Source of the DNA: Felis catus
Taxonomy: Eukaryota
Reading direction: 5' to 3'
NCBI RefSeq assembly: GCF_018350175.1
Contig: NC_058373.1
Coordinates: 73,470,001-73,534,000, forward strand
DNA: 64,000 nt
Part shown: in pieces, positions 33,701-46,250 of the stretch
Layout: each line of letters starts with the position of its first letter
Position numbering within the stretch: the first letter of the stretch is position 1
The notes under the pieces: model-generated
What the model was told of the DNA's origin: nothing
What the model saw: only the letters and a program-made list of their open reading frames with translations
Database searches by the model: none
Position numbers and translations under genes: made by a program

Positions 33701-34853
33701 CTGGGATCCTCTGGTTATTCCATAGGTACAAGGGGCTTTCTTTAAAAATTTACATTTATTGGGGCTCCTGGGTGGTTCAGTTGGTTAAGCGACCGACTGC
33801 GGCTCCGGTCATGATCTCGCAGTTTGTGAGTTCGAGCCCCGTGTCGGGCTCTGTGCTGACAGCTCAGAGCCTAGAGCCTGCTTCAGATTCTGTGTCTCCC
33901 CCTCTCTCTAACCCTCCCCATGCTCTGTGTCTCTCCATCTCTCAATAATAAATAAACGTTAAAAAAAATTAAAAATGTATGTTTATTTAGTTTTTGAAAG
34001 AGACAGAGCACAAGTGGCAGAGGGGCAGAGAGAGAGGGAGACACAGAATCCGAAGCAGGCTCCAGGCTCTGAGCGGTCAGCACAGAGCTCGACGTGGGGC
34101 TCGGGCTCACAGACCACAAGATCATGCCTGAGCTGAAGTCAGACGCTCAACCCACTGAGCCACCCAGGCACCCCTTCGGCCTTTCTATCTCTTTTGTCAC
34201 ACGTTTTCTGCTGGGGTCCTCTGTTTTACTCCTACTTACCAAACAATCAAACTTTCATTCTTTGGACCCTCAGAAAGTCCCTTTGAAGAATAAGAAATCT
34301 CCTTTTTCTCCCCTCAGGCACTGAAGGATCAACATGGAAATGGTCAAAATGTAGAAGATTCAAGTTCTTGAAGGATTCAAGATATAGAAAGGGTGTGAGA
34401 TAACGGAAAGAATTCAAGATACGAGACGATATGGAAGCATCTGAGATTTTAGAGTACAAGATATGAGAAAATTCAAGATGCAGGTAGGAAGGAAGCCTTC
34501 ACAGAGTTTCTTGGCCAGCCTTACATTCAGGTTATGCCTGCTAACACAGCATCAGAGCAGCATGAGTTTTTAGTCCACTGCAGGAGCAGACACTTGATAG
34601 GAGCCAGTGTAATATGTTTTCCAATAAGAGAGTATTTAAGAATCTTTATGTATTCTCTAGTTTCCCCCAGAAACTTAGGCTTTTATGTGAGAAACCATAC
34701 TGGTGAACTTTATAAATCCTTTTTATTATAGAAAGCAAGAACCTGGATAAGATCTCTCTGGAGAAGTCATCAAACCTCATTCAAATGGCAGCCCTTACCT
34801 TGTTGGAGTATTTCCATTCCTTCTCCAGGTGAGCAGAAATCCCCGGATGCCAT
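27589..34853 (-). CDS. HAUS4: HAUS augmin-like complex subunit 4 (9 coding exons, 1092 nt, 363 aa)
   Basis: Spliced translation MASGDFCSPGEGMEILQQVCSKQLPPCNLS...KRWALQEFNKACR*; all junctions in phase. Confidence 0.96.
27835..28638 (+). mobile_element. 5'-truncated carnivore LINE-1 with 15-bp TSD in the last HAUS4 intron, with a nested SINE (~28000-28207, -)
   Basis: L1 ORF2 C-terminal motif ACATGCACCCCAATGTTTACAGCAGC plus 3'UTR and A-tail; AGAAAGTAGACAAGA at 27820-27834 and 28639-28653. Confidence 0.9.
28734..28965 (-). mobile_element. Can-SINE inserted at the HAUS4 exon-9 donor
   Basis: TSD GAGTTCTTACCT at 28722-28733 and 28966-28977. Confidence 0.92.
28976..29044 (-). CDS. HAUS4: HAUS4 exon 9
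   Basis: MEELKILSDTYTTEKVEVHRLIR; 69 nt; donor AG|GTAAGA. Confidence 0.93.
29389..29519 (-). CDS. HAUS4: HAUS4 exon 8
   Basis: VLLRCLALLQRLLQEHRLKTQSELDRINAQYLEIKCSAMILKLR; 131 nt. Confidence 0.93.
29602..29808 (+). mobile_element. Can-SINE in HAUS4 intron 7
   Basis: Head, (CT)n and A-tail. Confidence 0.88.
29883..30028 (-). CDS. HAUS4: HAUS4 exon 7
   Basis: SDSETLKAAKVWKLAEILVGEKQQCQDAKSQQQEQMVLLEKKSATYSQ; 146 nt. Confidence 0.93.
30645..30741 (-). CDS. HAUS4: HAUS4 exon 6
   Basis: DFVWMRARLPLEVEEQLKKKCFTLLCYHDPNS; 97 nt. Confidence 0.93.
31698..31832 (-). CDS. HAUS4: HAUS4 exon 5
   Basis: FHETLEQRLLVTELTGLLGPSREKEMPPLLGVEKADLLELMPPSE; 135 nt. Confidence 0.93.
32296..32427 (-). CDS. HAUS4: HAUS4 exon 4
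   Basis: AWKEVRLHKTTWLRSEILQRVIQELLVDYYVKTQDTNLTSEDKK; 132 nt. Confidence 0.93.
32517..32659 (-). CDS. HAUS4: HAUS4 exon 3
   Basis: VCSKQLPPCNLSEKDLLQNPHFSKLLLSLAQHVDESGLSLTLAKEQAQ; 143 nt; AAG acceptor. Confidence 0.9.
32810..34174. mobile_element. Four Can-SINEs in HAUS4 intron 2: 32810-33020 (-), 33164-33370 (+), 33761-33968 (+), 33970-34174 (-)
   Basis: Heads and tails; TSD TAATAAAACTAAGAG around the second copy. Confidence 0.9.
34799..34853 (-). CDS. HAUS4: HAUS4 exon 2, coding part (exon begins at 34875)
   Basis: MASGDFCSPGEGMEILQQ; donor GTAAGG. Confidence 0.92.
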
Positions 34854-35849
34854 CTGATTTTCTTGAAATTCTTATCTGTGGAACTGAGTGAAAGAAAACA
34901 CAAAGTGAATAAACTGGGTTGCTGCTCCAGAGAAAACTACCATGGGTTCAAGTTTCTGTTGTCTATGAGCTGGGGAGGAACTTCAGGGATGCCTCTTACA
35001 GGGAGGGACTATATTGCACATCATGGGTCCCAAGCTCTTGCAAGTTTTATAGACAGACTTCTAAGTGGCAAAACAATTTGCGTTCTAAGCACATAAATGT
35101 TTCCACTTGTTCCAAGCCTTCTAAAAAGGAACCTTCTTTGGAAAGAAAATTTTCCAATTCACTGAACAGGACGATGCTCCCCTCCCCTCACCATTATGTC
35201 TAAGTTAAAACGGAGTTGCTACTTGCCAGTGATGAGTGAGTTGGAGGAAGGGAGGGTGGGGAGTCAATGTCTGCTTTTTTTCCCTAGTCAAATAACTCCA
35301 CTTTCAAATTCCACAATAGTTTCTTGTACTTCTTTAACTTGTCCTTTCATCTAAGACCTGTTGGTAGTTTTTGATCATTAACTTTAGAATCATCCTTCAG
35401 GATTGACAAATCATTCCATATTGAACAACCACCATTGGTTTTCACATAGCAGCGTTAGTAAAGAGCACCTGGAGGAAAGAGCATGACAAGAAGACTGACA
35501 GGGAGGGAGGTCGGCGCCAAAAGAGCAATGCAAAGGTGTAGTTAATACAGCTAAGGCTGGGCTGTGGGGTGTTTTGCCAGAACATGGAGTACACTGAAAA
35601 GGATGACATCAACACAAAGGGGCAGTAAAGGTGGGCACAGTTTGGACTCAAGACAAAATTTTTCCCTTGACCTTATCTTCCATTTTTTTGCTCCACCCTG
35701 TCCTCTCTGTAAGGTATTAAACTCCAAAGGGCAGCTGAGCCTCCCAAAGAAGACATTGAAGGTTATTAGGATTTAACATTTGATGTTCACAGAACATTTG
35801 GTTTACTCCCTTGTTTTATGAGTAGCATCAAAGTAACTACTCATTTATT

Positions 35850-35868
35850 ATTAAGTTTACTTATTTAT

Positions 35869-35913
<45 letters not shown>

Positions 35914-36081
35914 ACAAGAGCAGGGAAGGGCAGAGAGAGGAGAGAAGGAATCCCAAGCAGCTCCATGCTGTCACCGCAGAGCCCTTGGTGGGGCAGTGGC
36001 TCCATCCCACCACCCACGAGATCATGACCTGAGCCAAGATCAAGAGTTGGATGCTTAATGACTGAGCCACCCAGGCGCCCC
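35850..36081 (-). mobile_element. Can-SINE with (GA)n
   Basis: TSD ACTACTCATTTATT. Confidence 0.88.
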
Positions 36082-36679
36082 TACTACTCATTTATTTTGT
36101 AACATGGTCTAGAGAGGAACACAGATGAGGAGTCCAGATGCTAGGACTTCATTTGCAGCTTAGCCGTCGCTGCTGTGTGAAGTTAAGGGAAATGCTTTTT
36201 GGTGCCAAACTTTCTTCGCCTGCAAAAGAGATAATAAATCCTGCCTTGGATGAGACATCAAGAATTAATAACACAACTCGTTAACAAAAGCCACTAGTTA
36301 AACTCAGTGTTTTAACAATTCTGTTGATCTAAGTTCTGCAGGCAAATTTCGCAGACGGAAATGAGGACCAATCCAAATTTCAAAAAAGTCAGCTGTTCTT
36401 CCCTCCCTAGGGGAATTGCCCACTGGGGTTTTCTTAGGGTGCTTTTCTTTACCCTTTTAAAATGTTACAGGGCGTGAACGAAGGCGNNNNNNNNNNNNNN
36501 NNNNNNNNNNNNNNNNNNNNNNNNNNNNNNNNNNNNNNNNNNNNNNNNNNNNNNNNNNNNNNNNNNNNNNNNNNNNNNNNNNNNNNNNNNNNNNNNNNNN
36601 NNNNNNNNNNNNNNNNNNNNNNNNNNNNNNNNNNNNNNNNNNNNNNNNNNTGTGACCCTTACAGGGCCCGAGATGAATC

Positions 36680-37180
36680 AAAATGCGGAGAGGGCTCTCC
36701 GGCGCCTACTTCCCTTCCGTCTGGGCAGCCAAGGATTCCCAAGGGCGAGGGCGGCCGAGCCGGAGGCCGGGGGCTGGCCGGACTGACCCTCCCAGCACTC
36801 CTCCTCCCCGCCGCGCCGCCCTCCGACCCTCAGAGGCAAACCTGCACACCATGGGGCAGCTGAAGCTCCCGAGGCAGTGCGGAGCGGCCTGGGGCGGGAT
36901 GGCCCGCAGCGTCCACGCCGAAATCCCGCCCGCACCCGGGCTCCGGAACCTCTCACTCGGGCCTGCACTGGGGTTGGGGGAAGCTAGGCCCGGGTGGACT
37001 GAGCAGGAACTTCGGGGGAGAGGGGAAAAAGGCCGAAAGTGCACAGCGGCCCCGTGGGAGGGAGGAGGGGCGGGGCCCCGCCTGAAGCGGGAACTGTAGG
37101 CCCCGCCCCTCGTCGAGCGCGCGCCCTCAGTCCTCAACCACCTGCGAGCCCGGCTTTTCGGCTTTTGGAGCGCGGGGTGG
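36680..37180 (-). promoter_or_regulatory. HAUS4 CpG-island promoter and non-coding first exon (candidate donor at 36956)
   Basis: CpG-rich; GC boxes GGGGCGGGG near 37067 and CCCCGCCCC near 37101; ZNF143-like CTACAGTTCCCGC (minus strand, ~37087-37099); donor GA|GTGAGA. Confidence 0.7.
36876..36950 (-). ncRNA. Sequence orthologous to the human MIR4707 hairpin (diverged; function doubtful)
   Basis: Minus strand GGTTCCGGAGCCCGGGTGCGGGCGGG...GACGCTGCGGGCCATCCCGCCCCAG resembles recalled hsa-mir-4707, which lies at the HAUS4 5' end. Confidence 0.3.
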
Positions 37181-37254
37181 GAAGGCCTCTTTGCCCCTTT
37201 TTCTGAGGGCCTCCCCTTTGTTGAGGGCAAATGTAGAGAAAATGGTAATGATTG

Positions 37255-37465
37255 CCAACATTTATCGAGGGCCTACAATGAGTCAAGAGCTATGTCAATA
37301 GGCTTTACTTGCCTTGCGGGTTCCTCATTTAGTTCTTACGTCAGTTCTTAGGGCATCCTACGAGAGAGTCACTATCATACCCATTTTACAGAGGGGAAAA
37401 CTAAGGCGCCGAGAAGTTAAGTGACTTGTTCATGGCCGCAGCTCACAGAGTCTAAATCGGACCCA
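37255..37465 (-). mobile_element. MIR element
   Basis: MIR core CCCATTTTACAGAGGGGAAAACTAAGGC..GAGAAGTTAAGTGACTTG. Confidence 0.75.
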
Positions 37466-39208
37466 ATGGCCCTCTGAACCTTACACCTGCCGCCCACACT
37501 AAGCCTGCCAGTCTCTTCACTCTGGCGCTGCCCCCTGGGTCAGCTTCCAATCTAATTTCCTCCCAGGCTCCTCTAACTTCATTATCTCTCATCCTTCATT
37601 CACCTCGCTCTCTCAGGCTAGCTCGCTCCCTCTCCCCCCTCCCTCCCTTTCACCTTCTCTCCTTCTTTTTTAAACTACAGGGACTTGTATAGTTTGCTTA
37701 ATAATAAATCTGGAGCTGGAGATCCCAAGGCTTCTTAGTAACTCTGTGGTCATGTTTTTTTTTTTGCATTTTCCTTATGGTTACAGGGTAGCTGCAGAAA
37801 TCCAAGAAGTACATCCAATTCAACAGCATCCCAAGCAGGCAGGAAGGGGAGGAGCCTTCTTCCTGCAACAGTCAGGGAAGAAAATCTTTCCCAAAGTACA
37901 CAGAGGACTTTCCCATATGTCTCATTGACCAGACTGGGTCACGGGCCCATCTCTAGACCAATGAGCTAGATATCTTCCATTTGCCCCCCAGATAACCAGT
38001 AAGGACTGCCTGTAAATACTTCAGGGTTTCCATATGCCCTACTTTCAGCCAATGGGGGGTCCCGGCAGGAGGCTGGATGGGAGGGAGGGGATGACTGACT
38101 TTCTCACTGGGCTTGACCTGAGGCTGCCTACAGACTTTAAACCAAGATCATTACTTCTGTCAAGGGGGTTCCCCTACCTCTCTCTGTCTTAAACATCACT
38201 CATTCCCACACTCTTTTCAAAGTTGACTGGAATGTAATCATTAAGTGAATTATTTCTAAAATAATATTTGTTGCTAAGTAAATTACACCAAGTTTCTCAA
38301 ATCTCTTGCATCAGAGAAGCTGGTAGTCTGGGGTGGTGGGGCAGGAATCTTGGTTAGGTGTGCAGGGTGGTAGAGAGTTTCATATTTTTCTTTAGTACCA
38401 ACCAGAGAGTTCTACTGGCAATACATAGAGGAATAGTGTGATCCAGTGCAGAAATTTTATATCCCTGGTCATCTTGTCAGCTGCCACCTTTCGTGCTTAA
38501 TATTAAAGTGCTGTCATTTTCTACGGCTTTTAAAAATCATTTATGCTTCCTCAGCTCTGTGGTGCAGCATCATTAAATATCAGGCATAATGTCCCTAACA
38601 AACGACACTTGGAACAAAATAGCAAGCATGCTTTGGTGACTCAGAGCGGATCAGAAATCTACTGAAATTTCATGTCTCGTATTTGTCAAGTTTTATAATC
38701 TGGTACTACAAAGCTTTGGCTAAACAGCTCTAAAGGACTTGGGGAATGCAAAGGTGAAGGGTGAAGAGGCCTGTCTTCAGATAGTGTAGAGGGGAACGAG
38801 GGGGAGAGCCATGGGAAACCTTGAATTGGCTCAAACCTTCATATGTAATTATCTGTTCCAGCTCTCTCTCTCTCTGTCTGTGACCTTGGGCTTCAGGTTC
38901 CTTATTTGTCACAAGGAGGAAATAACATATTTCTAGCTCCTCCAATCTCGTAGTGTTGATGTAATGATCAAATGAGATAATGGCTGAAAAGTGCTTTGGA
39001 AAGACTATCAAAGTGTCTTTGATAGTCAATTTTAAAATTGACACTTATTGAGCACATATTAAGTGTCTTGAGAGAGACACATAGATAAATATGACCCAGT
39101 CCCTGCCCTGAAATTCATAATCTAGTTGAGAAGATAAGACATGCACACGAAAAGCAAATAATAAATACTAGAAGCAAATAAATACTAAAAGCAAATTATA
39201 AATACTCG

Positions 39209-40565
39209 AGGGGCACCTAGCTGGCTCAGTCAGTAGAGTATGTGACTCCTGATCTCAGGGTTCTAAGTTTGAGTTGGGTGTAGAGATTACTTAAAAATAA
39301 AAATCTTAGGGTTGCCTGGGTGGCTCAGTCAGCTCAGTGTCCAACTCTTGATTTCGGCTCAGATCATGATCTCAGTTTGTGAGATCGAGCCCCACGTCGG
39401 GCTCTGTGCTGATAGCATGGAGCCTGCTTGGGATTCTCTCTCTCCCTCCTTCTCTGCTCATGTGAGTGCACACTCTCTCTCGATATAAATAAACTTAAAA
39501 AAATGTTTAAAGGTTATAAATACTAGAGAAACTTAAAAAAAGGTACAGAACTCTTTCTGCAGGAATGGATAGTAAAGACTATGAAATCAATCTTATCTTA
39601 ACTGGGCCTAAAAGGAGAGAAAATTCGGATCATTTAGAATGGAGGAATATCCCAGCAAGCATAGGCAGGGACAGGGAGTCCAAACTGCTTTCTGGGTTCA
39701 AGAGGACACTGGCCCAGCTGAAGTGAAGGACTGTATAGGCCAGTTCTACATAAGACTACAACATTTAGCCCATAGACCATCTGGGCAATCAAAACTGCAG
39801 CAAAGTACTGAAAAAAGATATTACAATTGCACACTGTCTGATGTCCTTGAGCAAGTAAGATTTGCAAGAGAGTCCCTAGAATTCATTGTCTTTCTCTCTC
39901 CCTCTCCCTCCCTCCCTCCTTTTTTACTCCCAAATTAAAACAAACAAACAAACAAACAAACAAACAAAAAACCACTCACACAGGGGCATCTAGCTGGCTC
40001 AGTCAGAAGAGCACAGGACTCTCGATCTCAGGGTTGTGAGTGAGTTTGAGCCCCATGTTGAGTGCAGAGATTACTAAATAAATAAATAAATAAATAAGAA
40101 CTAAAAACAGGGGCTCCTAGGTGGCTCAGTCGATTGAGCATCCAACTCTTGATTTCTGCTCAGGTCATGATCCCAGGGTCATGAGATTGAGTCCTGCTTT
40201 GGGCTCCTCCCTGTGTGGAGCCTGCTTGAGATTCTCCCTCTGCTCCTCATCCCTGCTCACGTGTGCTCTTTTCTCTCTCTCTGTCTCTCTCAAAAATAAA
40301 AATAAAAAACAACAACAACAAAAATACACACAAAAACAGTTTTATTTATGGGGCACTTGGGTGGCTCAGCCAGTTAACCATCCAAGTCTTGGTTTCAGCT
40401 CAGGTCATGATCACAGGGTTTTGTGGGTTCGAGCCCCATGTCAGGCTCCACAATGACAGTGCAGAGCCTGCTTGGGATTCTCTGCCTCCTTCTCTCTCTC
40501 TGTCCCTCCTCCACTTGCGCTCTCTCTCTCTCTCTCTCTCAAAAATAAATAAACTTAAAAAAAAA
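39209..40565 (+). mobile_element. Cluster of same-orientation Can-SINEs (39209-39305, 39308-39503, 39982-40095, 40110-40310, 40350-40565)
   Basis: Repeated GGGGC(A/T)CCT(A/G)G(C/G)TGGCTCAG-type heads and AATAAA/A tails. Confidence 0.88.
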
Positions 40566-41379
40566 GTTTTATTTAGGTATTTTGACATACAATATTTAAC
40601 ATGTACAATTCATTAAGTTTCAACCTTAACTATACATATGTGCTATCACCATAATCAATCAAGAGAGTGAACATATGCATCACCCTCTAAATGTTTACTT
40701 GTGCCCCTTTGTAATTCTTTNNNNNNNNNNNNNNNNNNNNNNNNNNNNNNNNNNNNNNNNNNNNNNNNNNNNNNNNNNNNNNNNNNNNNNNNNNNNNNNN
40801 NNNNNNNNNNNNNNNNNNNNNNNNNNNNNNNNNNNNNNNNNNNNNNNNNNNNNNNNTGTACTAGTATCAATAGTCCATTTTTTTAGTCTGTGTTTATTGT
40901 TGAGAAGTGGCATGAAACCCACTTTAAAACCTTCATTTGTTTGGGTTTGTATTTAAGGAGGTGCTTCCTCCATGATCCTAAGGTACCTATCTCAGTGCTT
41001 GGCATATGGAGCGCTTATTTGTTGAAAGAATGAATTTTCACCACCCCACAATGTTAATTCCTTATATAGTTTTGTTTGTTCCATGGAACGCTTGACCTTT
41101 ATAGGCCTGTCTCTTCATCAGTGTTGTTCATCTCACATTCTGCTATGCCATATGCAAAATACAATCACTCACTTCTTAAATGTTCTTTAATGATAAAGCC
41201 AAGAACATGCTCAAGTATTCCTGAGCTAGATTCTTGCAAGGAATGGGGGGGGGGGGGGGGAGCGTGTAGAAAGATAAATTAGGCATAACTCCTGCCCACA
41301 ATCTAGCTCTACTTTCTTGGAGACATTGCTCTTGATCTAGTATTTAAAAATATTAATGTGTATGTTTTGAACTTGATGT

Positions 41380-42710
41380 TAAATGTAAATGGGAGCCTGA
41401 GAAAAAGTTTACTTAACCTTTCAGACTTGGACATTCCTTTGCTGCATTGTTTAGAATTACAGAGAAGAATGGAGATTTGCTGAGAACATTGTAAGAACTC
41501 TGCCTCCCACACTCTAGCCAGGAAACAAAATGGCACTGCAAAGATAGAGTATTTAGTACACATTCTATTTATCAAACCAACGGAAACTTTTGAGTAGAAT
41601 ACGTTTTCACATGGAAAATTTGGGCTTAAATAATCAGATTTCAAAGCTAGGATATTAAAATCGCCATTGGAGTGTGGAACTACACTTCACTGAGCAATTG
41701 TTTAGAAAAATTAAAAAAAAAATGAACGATAGTACTTTGAAAGTATCTGAATATGAGTAGCAAGGATATATTTGTATTATGGACCTGAATATATATGAAA
41801 CCAGTTTCAGGAATAAAATTTACAGGCAGTCAAGAGGTTTTCAAATTATTTTCAAGGGTGTTCACTGGAAAATGAAGGTATTCAGAGACACAACTATTGA
41901 TGATTAAGCTAGGAAATTCCATGCCCATTGTGAGTACATGATTTAAGGAGAAAACAAGTGGATAAAGAAAATACGTAATCAACCTATGACATCGAATGGC
42001 AATTTTGGAACAAATGTTCATAATGTGCCATTTTTCAATTGCTTAACCATTCCAAGGGGGATTTCAAACCCAGCTCCCTTGTGGCTTCAAGGGTTGCCTG
42101 TCTGTTCATGGAAACATTTGTTATACAAACTGAAATGAGCCTGGTTTTACTGAGACACCATTGTGAACTAGTATATAAATAAGGCCTGATAGGACATTTT
42201 GGATCTCAAAGAAAAGCTGAGAAATTTGGCTCAAAAATGGGACAGATTGAAACAATTTTTACCAAAGGAATATGAGACAGTAAAGGAAATTGATTCAGAA
42301 GAAGAAGACCAGTATCATTTTGAAAAGCTAGACATGAGGCACAACGTGTGCAGTTCTTGTTATAAGGATTGAGTGTGCTGCTGTAATGAGAAAACATGTG
42401 CCAGGCTGATAAAAGTATTTCCCTGGATTTTAAACTGATGATGACACTGTCTTACACTGAGTTGCATATGAAAGAGATTTTCTCCTTTAAAAATTGTATC
42501 AGAACCAGTGGGAGAAACAGACCAACCAAAGAGCATTTGGAGTTTCATGGTTGGGAAGACCATACATTGTAAATTTTGAAATGCCCCCTAAGATTAAGGT
42601 GTAATGGCAAAAAAAACCAAACCTTGAGGAAGTTAGCAATTTAGTATACTTTCCAAATTCCACTTACCAAAGAGAAATTTTACTAAACTAATTTACAGTA
42701 TGCAACCATG
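41380..42710 (+). mobile_element. Degenerate hAT DNA-transposon transposase fossil (possibly Tip100/Zaphod-like)
   Basis: AT-rich; 42429-42498 reads FKLMMTLSYT/VAYER/FSPLKIV across two frameshifts, resembling the hAT C-terminal dimerisation motif. Boundaries approximate. Confidence 0.45.
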
Positions 42711-43939
42711 GTAGCTAAGTAGATTAATTATTACATCTGGGTTTCACATGACTGGGTTGCCTTATAAAAAACAAAAACAAACACAAACACAAACACAAAC
42801 AAACAAACAAACAAACAAACCAGGTACAGGTAATTCTGGAACAGATGCTTTTCTCGGGCAGCATTTCAAAACTAATTTGTTGGTACCTTCAACAATTAAT
42901 AATGGGAGGGTCTATGGATGGGGAGGAGCCCATCAGGATCACCCAACTAGAGGGTTACTGATTCAAACAGAGGGTCTACAGGAGCCAGGCAGTAAGCAGT
43001 GTGAAGCACACAGAGTGGTAAGAACTGTGACAAATGAAGGAGAGAATATACCCTATAAAGGAGCAGCCATCACTCGGTTCCAACTAATTGTTGCCTTGTG
43101 AGACTGGAAGGCCAGGGGTGACAGATCTTCTGATTATTCAGAAAAACCTTAGAAACCCCTCTCTTCACATACAATCTACGGATTTTTATGTGAAATCTCC
43201 TTAATTATAAAAGTTGGCAACTAGTTATTTTATTCGTAACAGCTTTTTACTACTACAGAGGCAGTACAAGTGCACTGTATAAAAATAGAAAACATAGGCC
43301 AACAACACAAAAACATACTCTCACCACTCAGAGATCACCACTGTCAACACCTTCATGCATATCCTTTCAGATCTTTTTTTTTTTTTTTAAACATATAGAC
43401 ACTTTGAAAACAAAAAAACGATTACCCTGTACTGGTTTTGTGACTGGCATTTTTGTTAATGATTTTGACCTTTCTGGCTCAGTAAATTTTCACCTCATCT
43501 AATCCCGTCCATATAAAAAATTTCCCAGTTGACTCCAAATATCTTTTATAGCAATTTGCTTAAACCAATAGGGAATCCAGGACCATGCGTTGTATTGTTA
43601 CGAGATAGCTTAAGTCCCTCTAATCTAGCAGTTTTGAAGTTAAAAAAAAAAAAATCATGCGGACTTGCTCAAGAGCGCTGACCCATTGCCCTGCAGATTG
43701 CCTCACCTCCTAGGTTTGTGGGGTTGCTTCCTCCTGGCATCCTTTACTTTCTCACAGCACTTCCTGTAAACCTCAAGCTACATGTCCTACTTCTCCGGTG
43801 GGTGGGGAGCAGCTGGACTCTACACTAGGCTGGGTTATGTATTTGCCTCACACCAGAACCGGTCAACTGGCTGGTGATACTAAGACCCATTCCAGGGAAT
43901 GAGTGATGACAAGACCATAAGCTGGTAGGTTACTTGGCA

Positions 43940-43945
<6 letters not shown>

Positions 43946-43998
<53 letters not shown>
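43946..43998 (+). repeat. (TA)n(CA)n compound microsatellite
   Basis: Read directly. Confidence 0.92.
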
Positions 43999-43999
<1 letters not shown>

Positions 44000-46250
44000 A
44001 CGTCCAGTTGTCCACCAATCATTTCACTTATAGCTTTCACTCTGCTTAATAATTTGGCCCGAATCAATTATTTTATTCGGGTTCACAAAATGCTGTTTTT
44101 GCAATTCTATCATTCTTTCTACATTTACTATCTGGCATTTTCCTCTCCTCAGTGAAGGTTCAAAATAATATAAAAAATAACTCCCACTCCCAGTGGCCAA
44201 AGAATGCATTTGGGGACAGGATTTGTCTATGGGCCGCCACATTCTGATCTACAATCGAAGTCCAACAAAGTCTCCCCCCTGTCATCTGTACCCTGCAGCA
44301 TTAGGTCTTTTGTTTGTAACACTCATTACTTTGCACTTGGTGACATGTTGCTTGTAATCTTCTCAAGGCATTTTATGTGTGTATTTGTCTCCCTGGCTAG
44401 ACTGTGACCTCCTCAAGGGCAGGGACTCTCCTGCAGTGTATTTCTTTTGCTTCTTCTAACGTGCTTTTAAAGATACTTTGGCTACTGCTAGTTCAAGTTA
44501 GCAAAAAAACCAACCAACCAACCAACCAAAAAACAAAAACGTTAGTAAGAAGCACAAGTTTTCATTATTGTCTCTTATATTCCCTGGCTTTCCCACTAAA
44601 ACTTTCCCTAATTATCCATCATAATGAAGGGCTGATCTAATTTACAGTTTACTTGTGCTGTGGGAGTCCCTGCAATGGGGATGAAGGTTCGGGTGGGAGG
44701 GAAGAGGGGAAATAAACTCTTCATTAGTCTTCGAAAGTTGGAACCTCATTTTCCAGCTGCATGACCTTAGGTAAGTGCCGTTATCCCTCCACTTCTATTT
44801 CTTCATTTGGTAAAACGAGGTCACAGAGTTCCAAAATCACACCCTGCTTGGCTCTAACCCTCCCTCTAGGATACAAGCCTAACCTACACCTTTCAGCAGA
44901 TGTTCCTGGTAACCTGTGTCTCCCTGCTTGGATCGCTCCTTGGCTCCCTTCACAAGGGGCAGTGCTATCCTTTCTAAGCATAGGTGGACAGAATCTGCCT
45001 CTGACTACTCTCCAAACACATTAGACTGCTCTAATCCATATGTCCCAGTGACAGTTTGCTCTTGTTTCCAAGGTCAAACCTCAGTCCTTCACAACCAGGG
45101 CCAAGTGTGGATATTCCAAGGTCTCTACACCAGTAACGGGCAGCAAGGCAGAGGCCGTCTTAGGTTCTCCTTTACTGTGAGGGAGAATGGAGAGGACAGA
45201 GATTGTCTTTGTTGTGGAACCCTCTAACATTAGGGCTCCAAATGACCTGGCTCGGGTCTGGATCCTTCTAAAACAACAAAATGCTTTTGCTCACTGGTTT
45301 TTCCAATCCTTTTGTCTCAATCCTATCAGTCTCCTTTCTCTCTCATTATCCCTCTTGTTATATGTACAATCTCAAGGACCTTATCCAGCTGGCTTTATGT
45401 GCCTAGAAATAGCTTTCTCTACTTCCTCAACTGAGGACAGTCTCCGGCCTGATTGCAAATGGAATCTTACCAATTCCCTGGCCTAGGAAAGGGGGAAGGG
45501 AGAAACAGGTCTTGAAGGGGTGAGGCAGAGGGAGAACCACCACCAACCATATTCTTCATAAACCAAACCACATTCAGTCCTGTAGTGAACGGAGCTTACC
45601 AGAGCAAACAGCCAGTCTGCTGTGAAAGCCTGACCCCTGTACTGTGACTCTCATCTAGAGACACCAAAAAGATCCAAGACTCTCCCATTTCCCCCTTGTC
45701 CCATCTCAGGCCTAGTGGCTATTGATGAAAACCAGGCAGTAAGCTGGCCAAACAAGGTCTACCTGTTGCTGGGTCCTTTGCAGCACCCCACGAATCTATT
45801 AGCTGTAAATATTAAATAGAATGGGTCAGGTAGAGCTATCTCCTGGGAAACAGGAAGAAGGGGTCTTGCAATGCAGGGAATACTTGGGAGCCTGCCAGTG
45901 ACAACGTGAGGTGGCTGGGGCTGATCTTCTGCCACAGCCTGCCTTCCCTGGGCCTGTCCTCATCAGCTGTTAGCACTTGTCTTTTCTCAGGATGGAGGAA
46001 GGGAGTAGCCCCAGTGGCAAGAAGAGTCCTGGGGAGCCTTGGGGCTGGCACAGAGGAGCACAGACCCAGAAAGGAATCAGCCAGTAAGATGGAGGCTGAA
46101 ATCAGAGTAAGAAACCAAAGGTCAGAGTGGACATGACCTCCAAGAGTCAAAGAAGGGATGGGTGTAAAGGTATACATACTTGTCTGGATTTCCCAGGCCT
46201 GGAGCAGCCTGGTGAGAAAATTGCCCAGTCAGCGTCATTGTATTCACTTA

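Noticed and set aside
36683-37230. 138-aa and 174-aa ORFs at the HAUS4 promoter
   Set aside because: GC-rich, low-complexity translations with no recognisable domain.
39159-39208. About three copies of an AAGCAAATAAATACT-like unit
   Set aside because: Low-complexity AT-rich minisatellite next to a SINE TSD; no sign of function.
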